DNA from: a virus
Virus record (IMG/VR): IMGVR_UViG_3300045988_076381
DNA: 64,000 nucleotides
Direction: 5' to 3' (one strand)
This document shows positions 37,301 through 46,661 of this stretch, in pieces. Each line of letters starts with the position of its first letter. The stretch's first letter is position 1. The notes beneath the pieces are model-generated. The model made no database searches. It saw only the letters and a program-made list of their open reading frames with translations, and had not been told where the DNA came from. The position numbers and the translations under genes are program-made.

Positions 37301-40148
37301 AATCCGTATTTCTATATTCAAATATATAATCAATCCCTCTTTCTACAGGAACCCCTAATTCAAGTCCTAATTTTCTTGCTAAATCAAAATTACGTTTTGC
37401 ATCTTCATCAAGATTAAGTAAGGCCTCTTCATCTATTCCTGATAGATATCCTTTTATTTTATTTAATAACGGTAACTTAGATACTATATTTATAATATTA
37501 TCACCATATTTCTGTGATAATGACGTAAATATTTTATACGCTTTATCTAATTTCTCGTTATTATCTTCTCTATAAGCTTTATATCTAGATTTAATTTCCT
37601 CTCTTTCGGATTCTGATAAAGATCCGTACGGTTTGCCAAGAATATTTTCTGTATATGTATATATATCAGAAGAATAAATTTTATTAGATATTTCGCTTAT
37701 ATTAAATAAAGCTCTTTTTAAATACTCTTCGGATTTTCCTCCTCGTAATAGTATATCCTTCTCTGTTCTTTTTTGTTGAAGTTCTTCATTTATTATATTT
37801 AATCTACTCTCCAACTCTGTTTTATTCGGAATTTCTTTATTAGGAGCATTTAATCGATTCTCTATATCTTTCTTTTCTAGGAGTAGATTTCCTATTTCTT
37901 TTCCTAATTGATTATAATCTCTAATAATATCTAATCTTCCATCAAATTTAATAAGATCTTCTACTCTCCTATCCCTTAATGCTGATAAAGATATTAATTC
38001 TTCATCACTAAGGCGTAGATTTTCTTCATTAATAATAGCATCCCACTGATTTATTAACTGTAATGATAGGTCTATTACAGCATCATTTTGGGAAATATCT
38101 CCAGATTCTACAGGAGAGTAATTTATATTCTCTCCTTCTATTGTTCTATTAGTAGCAGAAAGATTTTTTGGAGCTACACCTTGTTGTCTTAATCTCTCTA
38201 ATTCTGAGATTAATTTAGATTTACCTCCATTTCGTAATATGTAAAAGATATTATCAGTAGCTTGTTCCGGAACTCTTTTATTTATATCAGATAAATTATT
38301 AGCAGCTTTAAATATAGCCCCACCAATAGCACCCCCAAATCCAGCCATTAGATATCTTTCCAATGGATTAGAGGATAAGAAATCAAAAGAAGCATCTTTT
38401 TGTGTACCAGAAATTCCTGTGAATACATCTGTAATAGCTTTAGACATATCCATAATAGCTTCTTCTGACATTTCCTCAATTCCCTCAGCTACAGCATTAC
38501 TAGCTATTCCAGAACCTGAGATAATATTATTTATAGGTTCCTTTACTTTTTTAAATGTATTTATAGCTTTCTTTAATACAGAATTAAATGTAGCTTTATC
38601 TTTTGTATTATTTGCAGTATAATGTAATAATTCTCTATTTTCTTCAATAAATTTCTTTCCAGCATTTCTTATAGCGGCCCTTTCACTGTCAAACCCCAAA
38701 CCTTCTAAAGCTTTCTGTCCTATCTCTGTAGATTGTATCATCCAAGTGGTAGCACCCATAGCTAATCCAGCAGTTAGAGCTGCGGTTCTTCTATCATATC
38801 CAGCATCTAGAGCATCATTATATACATCCAAGGTAGAGGTTCCTGACATATAAAAATTAGCCATGAATCTACCTAAGAAATTATTTCTTATATTCGCTTT
38901 ATTTATAGCATTTATAACTGCTGGATCTGAGTTAATGATAGTATTATATAATCCTCTATTTTGAATTATACTACCGTCAGAGATAGCTTTTACTACCTCA
39001 TCTCCATATTTAGCTTTTATAGCTTTTAAAGCAGCTCTTTCAGAGTTTCCTATACCAAGCCAATTAGGGATTTGGGCTAATAATCTCTGTTGGAATAATT
39101 GGGAGCCTATATCAGATACTAACCTTCCAAAATTTTCAAAGGTTAATAATTTCTCTTGAGACTTATCCGATACACTAGTATTAAATTGGTTTGCTTTAGC
39201 TTCTATAGTATTTAATATCCCAAAATTAGGATTTGGATTATTATTAATAGCTCCATCCAGCATTTTATATAAAGTAATCCCTAACTTAGTACCTTCTCTA
39301 AGAACTAAAGCTCCAGCGTATGCTTGACCTACATAGGGGATAAATAGAGGAGCTATACTAGCTACAGTTTGTGCTATAGTAGACCCAATACTTGATTCTT
39401 CTCCATCATTATCAAAAAAATCAAATTTATTCCATGTAGAATTTTCTCTAGTAATTACATCAAATGCACTTAATACCTGTTTACCATGAACTTCTCGATT
39501 CCCAAGAGTTTCATAATAAGGCATTCCAGTCTCATCTAGTTTTATCTCTCCTTTTTTATGTTGTATTAATCTCCCAGTTTCTGGATCAGTCTCTTGAACA
39601 TCTTTATCATACTGAGCCAGAACTATAGGAGTTTTAGTTACTGTTCCCCAAAATCCTAGATCCTCTGGAGTTAAATCCATCCATCTGTTATTCTCGGTAT
39701 CGAAGATTTTATTTTGTTGAGCCATTTCTCTAGTAGACATACTAGTCATTTCTGTACCTAGTATAGTATTTAATCCAGTACTCTGAATAAAGGGATTTTT
39801 AGTCTTTATTATATCTAAGGAAATGTCTTGTACAGGAGAAAGTTGGGATTTAAAAGGAGACATTATATCATACTGCACCTTAGGAAGATCTTCTTCTGTG
39901 AATTGTCCTATAGATAATGTATTATATGAAGATAATGCTTTATTATAAAATGTATTAAATGCGTTATCATCAAACTTTCCATCTGGCGAAGTAAATGCTT
40001 GAATGATCTTTTCATTTTGTTTATATTCATCCTTTGACTTCAATTCTATATCATTAGGAGTAATTCCATTTTGTAAGAAGTCTATATAAGTTTTATCTTG
40101 GTTTGAGTAATATAACCCAAACCAATCTTTTTTCTCTAAATTATCCAT
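31341..40148 (-). CDS. giant protein (2935 aa) with embedded SF1 helicase-like ATPase module
   Basis: Walker A INGAPGVGKTTG, Walker B LIFIDEVTQLS, motif III TSGDLLQSG, motif V VQGSEAKYFIV, motif VI LYTAITRSKEG (about 34240-35360). Gly/Ala-rich hydrophobic segments lie near the N-terminus. Confidence 0.85.
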   Translation of the reverse strand: MDNLEKKDWFGLYYSNQDKTYIDFLQNGITPNDIELKSKDEYKQNEKIIQAFTSPDGKFDDNAFNTFYNKALSSYNTLSIGQFTEEDLPKVQYDIMSPFKSQLSPVQDISLDIIKTKNPFIQSTGLNTILGTEMTSMSTREMAQQNKIFDTENNRWMDLTPEDLGFWGTVTKTPIVLAQYDKDVQETDPETGRLIQHKKGEIKLDETGMPYYETLGNREVHGKQVLSAFDVITRENSTWNKFDFFDNDGEESSIGSTIAQTVASIAPLFIPYVGQAYAGALVLREGTKLGITLYKMLDGAINNNPNPNFGILNTIEAKANQFNTSVSDKSQEKLLTFENFGRLVSDIGSQLFQQRLLAQIPNWLGIGNSERAALKAIKAKYGDEVVKAISDGSIIQNRGLYNTIINSDPAVINAINKANIRNNFLGRFMANFYMSGTSTLDVYNDALDAGYDRRTAALTAGLAMGATTWMIQSTEIGQKALEGLGFDSERAAIRNAGKKFIEENRELLHYTANNTKDKATFNSVLKKAINTFKKVKEPINNIISGSGIASNAVAEGIEEMSEEAIMDMSKAITDVFTGISGTQKDASFDFLSSNPLERYLMAGFGGAIGGAIFKAANNLSDINKRVPEQATDNIFYILRNGGKSKLISELERLRQQGVAPKNLSATNRTIEGENINYSPVESGDISQNDAVIDLSLQLINQWDAIINEENLRLSDEELISLSALRDRRVEDLIKFDGRLDIIRDYNQLGKEIGNLLLEKKDIENRLNAPNKEIPNKTELESRLNIINEELQQKRTEKDILLRGGKSEEYLKRALFNISEISNKIYSSDIYTYTENILGKPYGSLSESEREEIKSRYKAYREDNNEKLDKAYKIFTSLSQKYGDNIINIVSKLPLLNKIKGYLSGIDEEALLNLDEDAKRNFDLARKLGLELGVPVERGIDYIFEYRNTDLSDINTQNIIKNFFNSINQDGSGIDVGSIFSTYKNSGEFISNIFDTIFNIDQKIDTLSNSINNKLNSDPTLDKNFVIRESIEEFLNKNISNSIVKSYIQNNLNLPNLNSSEEVISNIRKILINLSGLLQFNLIPQLRTRSMMNLIESARNEGIELTKDLYSYIKTYLKSDNKVELDYSSYVSNLLSYVDESLGELVNYDLQNIKSQSPDFQAALKEGFEEIGVNNLEEVIQISEELKNVKDWFEIASLLKNSNLNDVEKRIIIESINDSNKSKTKSSLSEINILSEASIDPSQLVENPLNTLLSEIYLNVDESAGNINIFELLSNESDLLKSTNTLSDYVLQGKVKLEQLDTAINVINALQSVVSSMQSSTIENGGYGFNSTLNYVREKLGVSEKLPEIESNSAFEVIQELERIKNKLGFYKKLSEQNKGNKLKEHKLTAIKTRQALIKNYQDKLFRNKAPELFEGVDDILSNYNLDSLNNSDLTDEEYISLEKLILEVEDRIYDNATKLSKNNTVSKEHLISKLFQNYDYSKLMKEAYNNPASLNSEITEMSPSDLFIYYHTILTTKASTFNNALRDIVNESLGSDKQLIIPIFSQEYAARIALACIIDINFMNNSTELTKEFENSITNPALRDKYKNYISRLQNTVFINGAPGVGKTTGVDSLVFKLANKLLGEQGAVISGPKMQQTVNLLNSITGKSYSETEGLNTINDTIKNKKLTAITADMLLNSILVSPEIIEKAKKQFNDPQSKTIPENERVIDILETQDKELVVRINPKYLTPSNFKSGIFQDQRLIFIDEVTQLSKFELELLSSWAQQNDKILITSGDLLQSGYAGSDGAYLGIDVDTNLIYTPTLATSLRITNIHKKDNLDSLRVLTDRVRNVDNYYTTGEFNLEEGIKIALSNYENVPSLKYYEDDVKLSGDKIVGSISTFDLDKLVHDSEEPIGFIYDDVNSDTYKLIDTYIKKNPGKIRKFKLEEVQGSEAKYFIVDKKFNFGSHGEFVEKATRDLYTAITRSKEGTIIINNGLTTKLTKGSERISYTQSSILNNEAAKSFSELRLKALNASLENKTIEPQKKESSTTSVSTPQPNVELGKVLDAAFSDSPEANREIQQLERIESKTEKHSPDSFICYSYRTRIKPKAEINGDITTYSIKDSAIMLRLDSNSEHRAFFNGEIDGLNPTQFERVDEKILEVKSILYNYTKSRRNKLFKDYNIEQDLSNLYNDISGNTGTLDLSNGKFVLKATKYFNKSIGKEDSVIRIIYEIPILNSSTEENTVELYIVELPNINNESFRIKDSDTPEQRASKAWFVEYQKFYGQIMNSFILDESGKSNKYFQLRDDFELERITNSIIYKGSDKKKFAHVPFESKESEFRGIYFSKPYIVTNTRYGKSNRNELLIQRNERLNTLYNDYYETLEEYNKADTTQKSRLEPILKSKSERLNAEINKNNIKGKAVVFATHSKYIFDEDDNIISEDQYGDYYIDQMNGKYDNDLDRRDKIRMIILNPEGQTFQSFISKYREFINSYKKNSGVAKYNGKFYKSYFGDFIGFDTLLSIYNYYNYLKTTGKPESKHIKIAEKLLNSLSALAAKEGNAENPFDLPGSKVKFGLPHILRIMERLHMETTPEEIKKMENYSSTINGNDVLKFINKIIEFKINQRLHPELLVSSPIINEENGGIFQDWNKEDGITDLDIIDFMEFAMLGRRNYKQPDGSINSVEAPNYNPLFKNGIFPFPVYELTDKKTDYTGGEYFYEARNPEGQYYIDRDIQTPQFVFQPSRDLADPTNFGIARVERIKPEVETKSEAPINTLEILGAEIGRKLNTSNNDLNDLIDDSIGSILTNPARRSETSISEDIRNILGLVNNRLKSESISLDSTTEVDYIDYNFEKDSLNIYSRNKENLVREDSNSDKNIISLSQAFGKMFDVVSDPKDLEILRNITKVLLTYDSNNLLVDYITKSEIIPDTVNLILSNMNIQTILSDINKIRSKYNIC

Positions 40149-40149
40149 A

Positions 40150-42024
40150 TTATTTAAATGCCTCTGGATTTAATCCTCCAGTTCTTTGTGTAATTTGATT
40201 AGTATTTCTTATTACATTCTCGTAACCTAAATTAGATTTAGCTGTTTGTGGAGCTGTTTTTCCTGTGAATAAGATTGACATTAATTCATCTTGTACAGGT
40301 AAGAATATAGAGGATTTATAAATATCATCGTCAGAAAGAAGCCAGTATTCTGGAGGTACATAACCATTAGCTCTTAATAATTTATTTTCTAAATTTGATC
40401 TAACTCTAGAATACATATCCCTAGCTTTATCCTCCAAATCATTACTTAATCTCTTAGTAACTTTATTTAATTGTGTCTCCTCTGCTACTTCTTCTGGGAT
40501 TAGAGATGGGATAACCATAAATTGATGCATATAAGATAATTGACTTTGTGCAGGTTCTCCATTTCTAAGTATCAAATGATCAACATTATGCGCTCTATAA
40601 ATATTTAATTTCTGATCTTCTGTAACAGTTGGACCTATAGCAGAAATTTCATTATCAGCATCCTCTAAACGTTTTAACGCATTTAAATCTACTACTTTAG
40701 ATCCTGTTTTGGGATCGGTTACATAGGGCAACCATGTCATTGCTATTCTATCCCCTTCATATAGCACTTTACTTAAATCATTAGGATTTAAAGTAATTCC
40801 AGTTCCAACAGAAGCTCCAGAAATATCTACTAAAGAACCTAATCCCCCATCTGTGATTATATCAGATAAGTAATTCTCATTTAATACTTCTCCTTTAGAT
40901 CCTATTAGGGGTCGTATACTAGCCTTAGCATCAAAAGAATATTTATTTCCTACATTTATAGTATATTTTTGATTTTTGGGATCAGATACATAACTCATTA
41001 AAGGATTGATATCAGTCATTCCTCCCGAACCTCCTGATCCACTTCCAGATTTACCTTCTATAGCTTCATCTTTTAAAGATTGAGAGTAGGAATGATCTGT
41101 TCCGAATATAAGAATATTCTTAATACTCTCTATTGCATTTTCTCTAGGATCTCCAGTATTATTAATAGCAGCTCTTGCTATTAAAGTGTTTCTAGATTGT
41201 TGATCTAAGTTATTCCATATATAATTTAACGCAAGATTAGCATTCTTCCTTTGTGTAGCAACTTCCTCAGTTAATTTAAAAGTTCCATCAGGAGCGGTAT
41301 TTAACTTCTCACTTACAATAGCTTGTAATCCTTTTTCTAATTGATTAGCTCTAGCTTTATCAAAGTAATAATCAGAAGATTGTTTTTCTACTCCTATAGA
41401 TTTAACAATATCCTCTATTCTTTTACTTATATCATTTATATTTAAGCTTCCAGCAACAGTTTGTGATAAACTATTATCAAATATATAAGCTCTACTATTA
41501 TTTCTTAAAGTTAAAAGATCATTATTAGTTAGTATCCTATATCCTTCTCTATCTTCTGAATACTGATCTGGAGTAATCATTACAAGTTCTCCATTAGTAT
41601 TTTGTGCAAATAAATTCCCGGAATAATCAACTGCTGCTTCTGAAAGTGTTCCTTTAGATAAAGCATGTTCTTTTGCTTGATCAAATATCTGTTTATTATT
41701 CTGAATCTCGTTTAATCTAGATACTAATCCTGTATATTGTCTAACGCTGATAGGTTGTCCTAAAAGATCTGTATCAGCAAAGATATTACCAACTTGTTCC
41801 GCGAAATAATTAACTTCATTAGTTAATCCTTTACCAACCATTTGACCTATAATATCTTTCAACTGTTTCTGAGAATTATCAATCTTAGTATCACCAGATT
41901 TAGCAGAAGAATTAGCTACGGCTGATGTCCCTTCTTCTCTTCCAATAGGTTGAAAGAAAGGAGAATACCCAACCCACGGGGCCAGTTGTCCTCCTTCTTG
42001 AAATTTTTTAATATTTAACTTCAT
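40150..42024 (-). CDS. virion-module protein (624 aa), N-terminal KFQEGG motif
   Basis: ORF starts 2 nt after the upstream stop. Internal GSGSGGSGG linker. No family recognised. Confidence 0.7.
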   Translation of the reverse strand: MKLNIKKFQEGGQLAPWVGYSPFFQPIGREEGTSAVANSSAKSGDTKIDNSQKQLKDIIGQMVGKGLTNEVNYFAEQVGNIFADTDLLGQPISVRQYTGLVSRLNEIQNNKQIFDQAKEHALSKGTLSEAAVDYSGNLFAQNTNGELVMITPDQYSEDREGYRILTNNDLLTLRNNSRAYIFDNSLSQTVAGSLNINDISKRIEDIVKSIGVEKQSSDYYFDKARANQLEKGLQAIVSEKLNTAPDGTFKLTEEVATQRKNANLALNYIWNNLDQQSRNTLIARAAINNTGDPRENAIESIKNILIFGTDHSYSQSLKDEAIEGKSGSGSGGSGGMTDINPLMSYVSDPKNQKYTINVGNKYSFDAKASIRPLIGSKGEVLNENYLSDIITDGGLGSLVDISGASVGTGITLNPNDLSKVLYEGDRIAMTWLPYVTDPKTGSKVVDLNALKRLEDADNEISAIGPTVTEDQKLNIYRAHNVDHLILRNGEPAQSQLSYMHQFMVIPSLIPEEVAEETQLNKVTKRLSNDLEDKARDMYSRVRSNLENKLLRANGYVPPEYWLLSDDDIYKSSIFLPVQDELMSILFTGKTAPQTAKSNLGYENVIRNTNQITQRTGGLNPEAFK

Positions 42025-42025
42025 A

Positions 42026-45000
42026 TTATTTCTTAATTATTCCTCCGAATCTAAATACTTTAGGATATTGTCCAGATAATCCTAATTTTTGTAAATCTAT
42101 ACTCCTCTTTAATCCTTTAAGTTGTAACTCTTTTTGAGCGTTAATAATATTTTTATATTCTGGATCTAAGAATAATTTAGTAGGATCTTTCTTATATTCT
42201 TCTTTTTGATATAACGCATCTAATCTTCTCTGTAAATCTGATGCAGTAATAGAATCCTCTGTAGATAATCTAGCATTTTTATATTGAGAATCTAAAAGTT
42301 GTTCATTTACTTTTCTAGCATTATTTGTATTTATATACTGCTTAGTTTGTTCTGTTACATCATGTAAGAATGTATCCCAGATATTAGCATTTTGTCCTAT
42401 CTTCTGAGCTTTTAAATTCGCTAAAGTATTTAAATACTCTGTAGTAGCTAAACGATTTCTATTTGCAGCTTCCTCTCTTCTCATTAAATTATTAGCATTA
42501 ACTTGAAATGCTTTTTCTCTAGACTGTTGTATAGCTTGTTCGTTTGCTAAATCTCCTTGTAATCTTGCTTCTGCTGCATTTTTAGCTACTTCTAAATTAT
42601 ATGCTAATTGTCTATCGGCATCTGAGGTTAGAGGTGTTCTAGTTAATCCTTCTAAATTTGCTGCTTGTTTATAATAAGCTTGTCTAACTCCTTCATTTCC
42701 TTGAATGGAATAATTTAAATCCGTAGGGAGATTTATTAAAGAAGGTCTTAGATCTTTTTTTAATGTTTTATATATCTTATTATTAGCTGCTGTTTTTTGT
42801 ATAGCAGAAGCTAAGGAAGATATAGTAGTTAGAGGAATACTTCCTAATGACGATTTAGTTGGAAGATAATTTTGAGATTCAATATTAGAACCAGTTGAAG
42901 ATTTAGTGATAGGAGTATTTAAAGAAGATGTATTCATTGGTTTTAAATTAAAATCAAGAGTATTATTATTTAAAACTCCAGCATCAATTCTCCTCATTCT
43001 AGAAGGTGATTTTCCAGTCGCAATAACTTCTTCTAATATGTTAGTAGGTGTAACTCCTCCATCTTGATATTTAATAACTCCTCCATTTTTAAATTCCTTA
43101 ACTTTTTTATTTGCTTCAATCCATTCTTTAGAGCCTAATTCATATTTATCTCTTTCTTTAAGAAGTTTATTTCGAACAGAATAATAATCTAAATTACCTC
43201 CATTTTTATATCTTGGTAGTAGTGCAATCATATTTTGATATTCTATCCATTTATCAGAACCAAATTCATATTGATCTCTTAATCTTGCATATGTATTACG
43301 AATTTTTAAATTAGTTAGTTTCTTTTTATTTATATTATCTATTGGTTTGTTTATTCCGGAAACTATTTTAGATAAATGTTCAGCTTCTTTTCTATATCCT
43401 AATTCATTAAGTCTTTTTGCTTCTTCAATATCCCTTTTCCTTCTTAATTCTGATATCCGTAAAAGTTCTGATATTTTCTTATTATTCTGATTATTAATTT
43501 TTCCACCTGAATTTGTAACTATTTTGGATAAATTTTTATTTTCTTCTTTATACCCTAATTCATTACGTCTCTTGGTTTCCTGACCTTTTAAATATGCTAA
43601 TTGCGTTCTCCTCCTTGCATCTTCTAACTTTTGTTTATTTGCAGCTATTATTGCTTTTCCTTCATCACTTTCTCTAAATTTTTTAGCATCCGCTTTTCTT
43701 ATATCAGATTTAGTTACCCTAGTAGCTTTTCCAGAAGGTTCTACTAAAGGTCTAGTTGTGCCAAAAGGAGTTGACTGCATAGATTCTAATAGGGTACTAT
43801 TTAATGTAGCATCATTAGCTCCTTTCGTAGGATTTACAACTCTATGTATTAATTTCTCCTTCTCTTCAAGTATCTCCGATCTTGGTGCTCTTACATTAGT
43901 AAGTTTTCCTGGGACTTTTTCAGTTAAAGGTCCATGATAAACTACAGTAGGAGCTCCAGAAATTTGTCCGAGATAAATATTATTATCCTCTAATTGTTTC
44001 TGGATATTGCCACGTCTATAATAAGCCTGCTCTGCTACTAATCCTTTCTGGAAGGATGAGAGTTTATTATTCTTAATCTTATCTAAAGTTTCTGGTGTTA
44101 ATTCTCTCCCAGCTACTTTAGTTTCTTTTACTTTTCCAACTCCGCGTGTGAAAGAATTATACCATTTACCTTTAGGTATTTTTATATTACTTAAATCCTC
44201 GTCAGTTAAATCCGTATATTGAGATTTTAATTTAGTCTTAACAGTAGTTAATTTATCCTCTGTCGACATCTTATTAAATCCCTCTACCTCATTATTTTTA
44301 AATGAAATTTCTTTAGTTTTACCGTTAACATTAACTTCTAGAGGTTTAGATAATTCTCCTGCACTAGCTTTTTGAGTATATAACTTCTTCCCAGCAACAT
44401 TTCTACCGATACCTGTTACAGCATTTAATCCATTAGCTAACAATCTCCAGTCATTTATAGTTAATTCTTCTCCTGACATCACTTTACCTAAAGCAGTAAG
44501 AGAAGTTCCTAATCCTAATGCAGTAAATGCTTTACGTAGTATTGGAGCTGCTGTTTTTATTGCTTTAGTTACTTTAGCTCCTTTAGCCACTGTTCCTAAT
44601 CCGGGAATTAATGTTGCTGCATCCATCCCTAGATTTAGTATTAAGTTCCCAGTATCACTCCATGACCAATCATCATCACGTTTATAATCAGCAATAGCAG
44701 TAGAAATTGTAGATCCTAATCCTGTTGCAGCTCCCACAGCATTTCCTACACCAAACGCAGCGGTAGAAGCTAAGCCAGCTACATCTAATGCTAATGCTGT
44801 TAAATCTGCTTTATCTGCTGCACTTAATGATTCTCCAGAGAATACATCTGACATGGAAGCAGATTGTTTATCTTGTAGATCTGAGGAAATTGAATTTCTT
44901 AATATTCCACCTTCTTGATACATTCCTACTCCACTTGGTATATATCCGGTACTTGCATAGTTACTTATTGGAGCATATTTTAATCCTAAAAATGGTTTAA

Positions 45001-46600
45001 TCTCGTTATCATATAAGCCATATTTAGAATATAAATCAGCCAAAAACTTACTTCCCAAGGTTAAATCTCTCCCTTCAACTGGATTTACATTAAGCTTATT
45101 TAAATTAATAGAAGAAATTCCTGGATAATTTGATGTCGGACTAAATTGTAAATAACCTTGATTATATTTAAATTCCCCAGGAATTATATCTCCAGTCTTT
45201 TTATTAATAGCATAAATCCCCGTCGATTTATATGGTCTACCACTACTTAGATAACTCTCAACATTCTGAGGATTATTTATTCCAATAAATTCATAATCTT
45301 CAACCGCTTGATTATCTCCTATATAAGGATTAAAATAATCAATACCATATTCTTCTCCTTCCGGAAGATTTAATAACTTAGCTAATTTATAATAAGCATT
45401 ATAACTCTGTTCCTTATCCCAATCTTTCTTATATTTAATATTCTCAGCATTTTTTCTCCAACTATATACTTCTGGATTATATATATCATTTAAATATTTA
45501 ACATTACTTCCTACATAATCCTTAATCTTTTCATAAGGTATATAATCAGTATCATACCATCCAGATTTTAACATATATGTAGCTGGGTTAGATTCAAATG
45601 GAAAATGCCCTCTTAATCCTATAAGATTACCAGAAGGATCTATTTCTCTCAATCCTTCTTTAGTAACTACTATATTTTTCCCATTGAAGTTATATTTTAA
45701 AGGAGCATTTTCTGGTAAATTGTTTACTTTTCTTATTTCATCTTCTTCTTTTTTAATCTCGTCCGGAGATTTACTTGATTCTTGTGTGGTAGAAGTTCCC
45801 TGATCGGAGCTTCCAAAGATATATTTCCAGATATAATCCCCAAATCTTTGGTTATTTTTTTGCTCTTCCCAATCAAACTCGGAATTAGGATTTCCGTCTC
45901 TACCTTGTGATAAATCTTCTATAAATTGATCGTATTCTTGTATAGATTTAAAAGGAAGATTTTCATATCCTTTAAATGGGGTTTTATCTTCCGATGATAA
46001 ATATTCATAGAATCTTCCTCTATTACTTTCTAAAGCCCTGATTACATCATCAATCCTTTCTGAGGTAGTTTTTCTATTATATACTTCTTGATTTATTTTT
46101 CCTCCCCATACAGAATTAATTAATTCTCTAGGATTCCATGATACATCTATTTTATCAGGTTCTTGTAGAGTATTAGAGTATTCAGTAAGATTTAAAAAAT
46201 TATTATCTATAGCTTTAGCTAGATAATCACTACTATATTTATCACCTAAATTAAATCCTTCTGAGTTGTTATATTTAATATCAAATCCACTTGGAGTACT
46301 ATTAATCTCTTGTATATCACCTTTATTTAGAGCGTCTAAAAATCTATTATAAGAAGCATCTACTCCAGATCCTCTTCTTCTATAAGAGTTTTTTAAACTT
46401 CGGGAGTCATCAGAACTAACCCAATTCTGGAGTTTTTCTTTAGCTTCTTTTATATCGTATTTTTTACCGTTAATAGTAATTGTCTTTGTTTCTTGCTCTT
46501 TTTTATTATAAAGGTCTTGTAATTCTTGCTTCTTTTTATTATATTCTTCTATATTTGAAGGAGATTTACCTCCAGTTTCAAATTTAGGAACTTGTGCCAT
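42026..46600 (-). CDS. tape-measure-like / internal virion protein (1524 aa)
   Basis: Long Gly/Ala-rich hydrophobic stretch (LALDVAGLASTAAFGVGNAVGAATGLGSTI...GLGTVAKGAKV) typical of tape-measure or ejection proteins. Coiled-coil basic repeats and repeated xxGG motifs. Confidence 0.7.
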   Translation of the reverse strand: MAQVPKFETGGKSPSNIEEYNKKKQELQDLYNKKEQETKTITINGKKYDIKEAKEKLQNWVSSDDSRSLKNSYRRRGSGVDASYNRFLDALNKGDIQEINSTPSGFDIKYNNSEGFNLGDKYSSDYLAKAIDNNFLNLTEYSNTLQEPDKIDVSWNPRELINSVWGGKINQEVYNRKTTSERIDDVIRALESNRGRFYEYLSSEDKTPFKGYENLPFKSIQEYDQFIEDLSQGRDGNPNSEFDWEEQKNNQRFGDYIWKYIFGSSDQGTSTTQESSKSPDEIKKEEDEIRKVNNLPENAPLKYNFNGKNIVVTKEGLREIDPSGNLIGLRGHFPFESNPATYMLKSGWYDTDYIPYEKIKDYVGSNVKYLNDIYNPEVYSWRKNAENIKYKKDWDKEQSYNAYYKLAKLLNLPEGEEYGIDYFNPYIGDNQAVEDYEFIGINNPQNVESYLSSGRPYKSTGIYAINKKTGDIIPGEFKYNQGYLQFSPTSNYPGISSINLNKLNVNPVEGRDLTLGSKFLADLYSKYGLYDNEIKPFLGLKYAPISNYASTGYIPSGVGMYQEGGILRNSISSDLQDKQSASMSDVFSGESLSAADKADLTALALDVAGLASTAAFGVGNAVGAATGLGSTISTAIADYKRDDDWSWSDTGNLILNLGMDAATLIPGLGTVAKGAKVTKAIKTAAPILRKAFTALGLGTSLTALGKVMSGEELTINDWRLLANGLNAVTGIGRNVAGKKLYTQKASAGELSKPLEVNVNGKTKEISFKNNEVEGFNKMSTEDKLTTVKTKLKSQYTDLTDEDLSNIKIPKGKWYNSFTRGVGKVKETKVAGRELTPETLDKIKNNKLSSFQKGLVAEQAYYRRGNIQKQLEDNNIYLGQISGAPTVVYHGPLTEKVPGKLTNVRAPRSEILEEKEKLIHRVVNPTKGANDATLNSTLLESMQSTPFGTTRPLVEPSGKATRVTKSDIRKADAKKFRESDEGKAIIAANKQKLEDARRRTQLAYLKGQETKRRNELGYKEENKNLSKIVTNSGGKINNQNNKKISELLRISELRRKRDIEEAKRLNELGYRKEAEHLSKIVSGINKPIDNINKKKLTNLKIRNTYARLRDQYEFGSDKWIEYQNMIALLPRYKNGGNLDYYSVRNKLLKERDKYELGSKEWIEANKKVKEFKNGGVIKYQDGGVTPTNILEEVIATGKSPSRMRRIDAGVLNNNTLDFNLKPMNTSSLNTPITKSSTGSNIESQNYLPTKSSLGSIPLTTISSLASAIQKTAANNKIYKTLKKDLRPSLINLPTDLNYSIQGNEGVRQAYYKQAANLEGLTRTPLTSDADRQLAYNLEVAKNAAEARLQGDLANEQAIQQSREKAFQVNANNLMRREEAANRNRLATTEYLNTLANLKAQKIGQNANIWDTFLHDVTEQTKQYINTNNARKVNEQLLDSQYKNARLSTEDSITASDLQRRLDALYQKEEYKKDPTKLFLDPEYKNIINAQKELQLKGLKRSIDLQKLGLSGQYPKVFRFGGIIKK

Positions 46601-46616
46601 AGTTAATGATTAAAGT

Positions 46617-46649
46617 AAAAAATGGAGTATTATATTTAAATAATACCCC
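46617..46649 (-). terminator. intrinsic terminator after the 92-aa gene
   Basis: On the - strand, GGGGUAUUAU-UUAAAU-AUAAUACUCC (9 of 10 bp) is followed by AUUUUUU. It lies between stop 46662 and the next ATG at 46600. Confidence 0.6.
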
Positions 46650-46661
46650 ATCTAAGATAAT

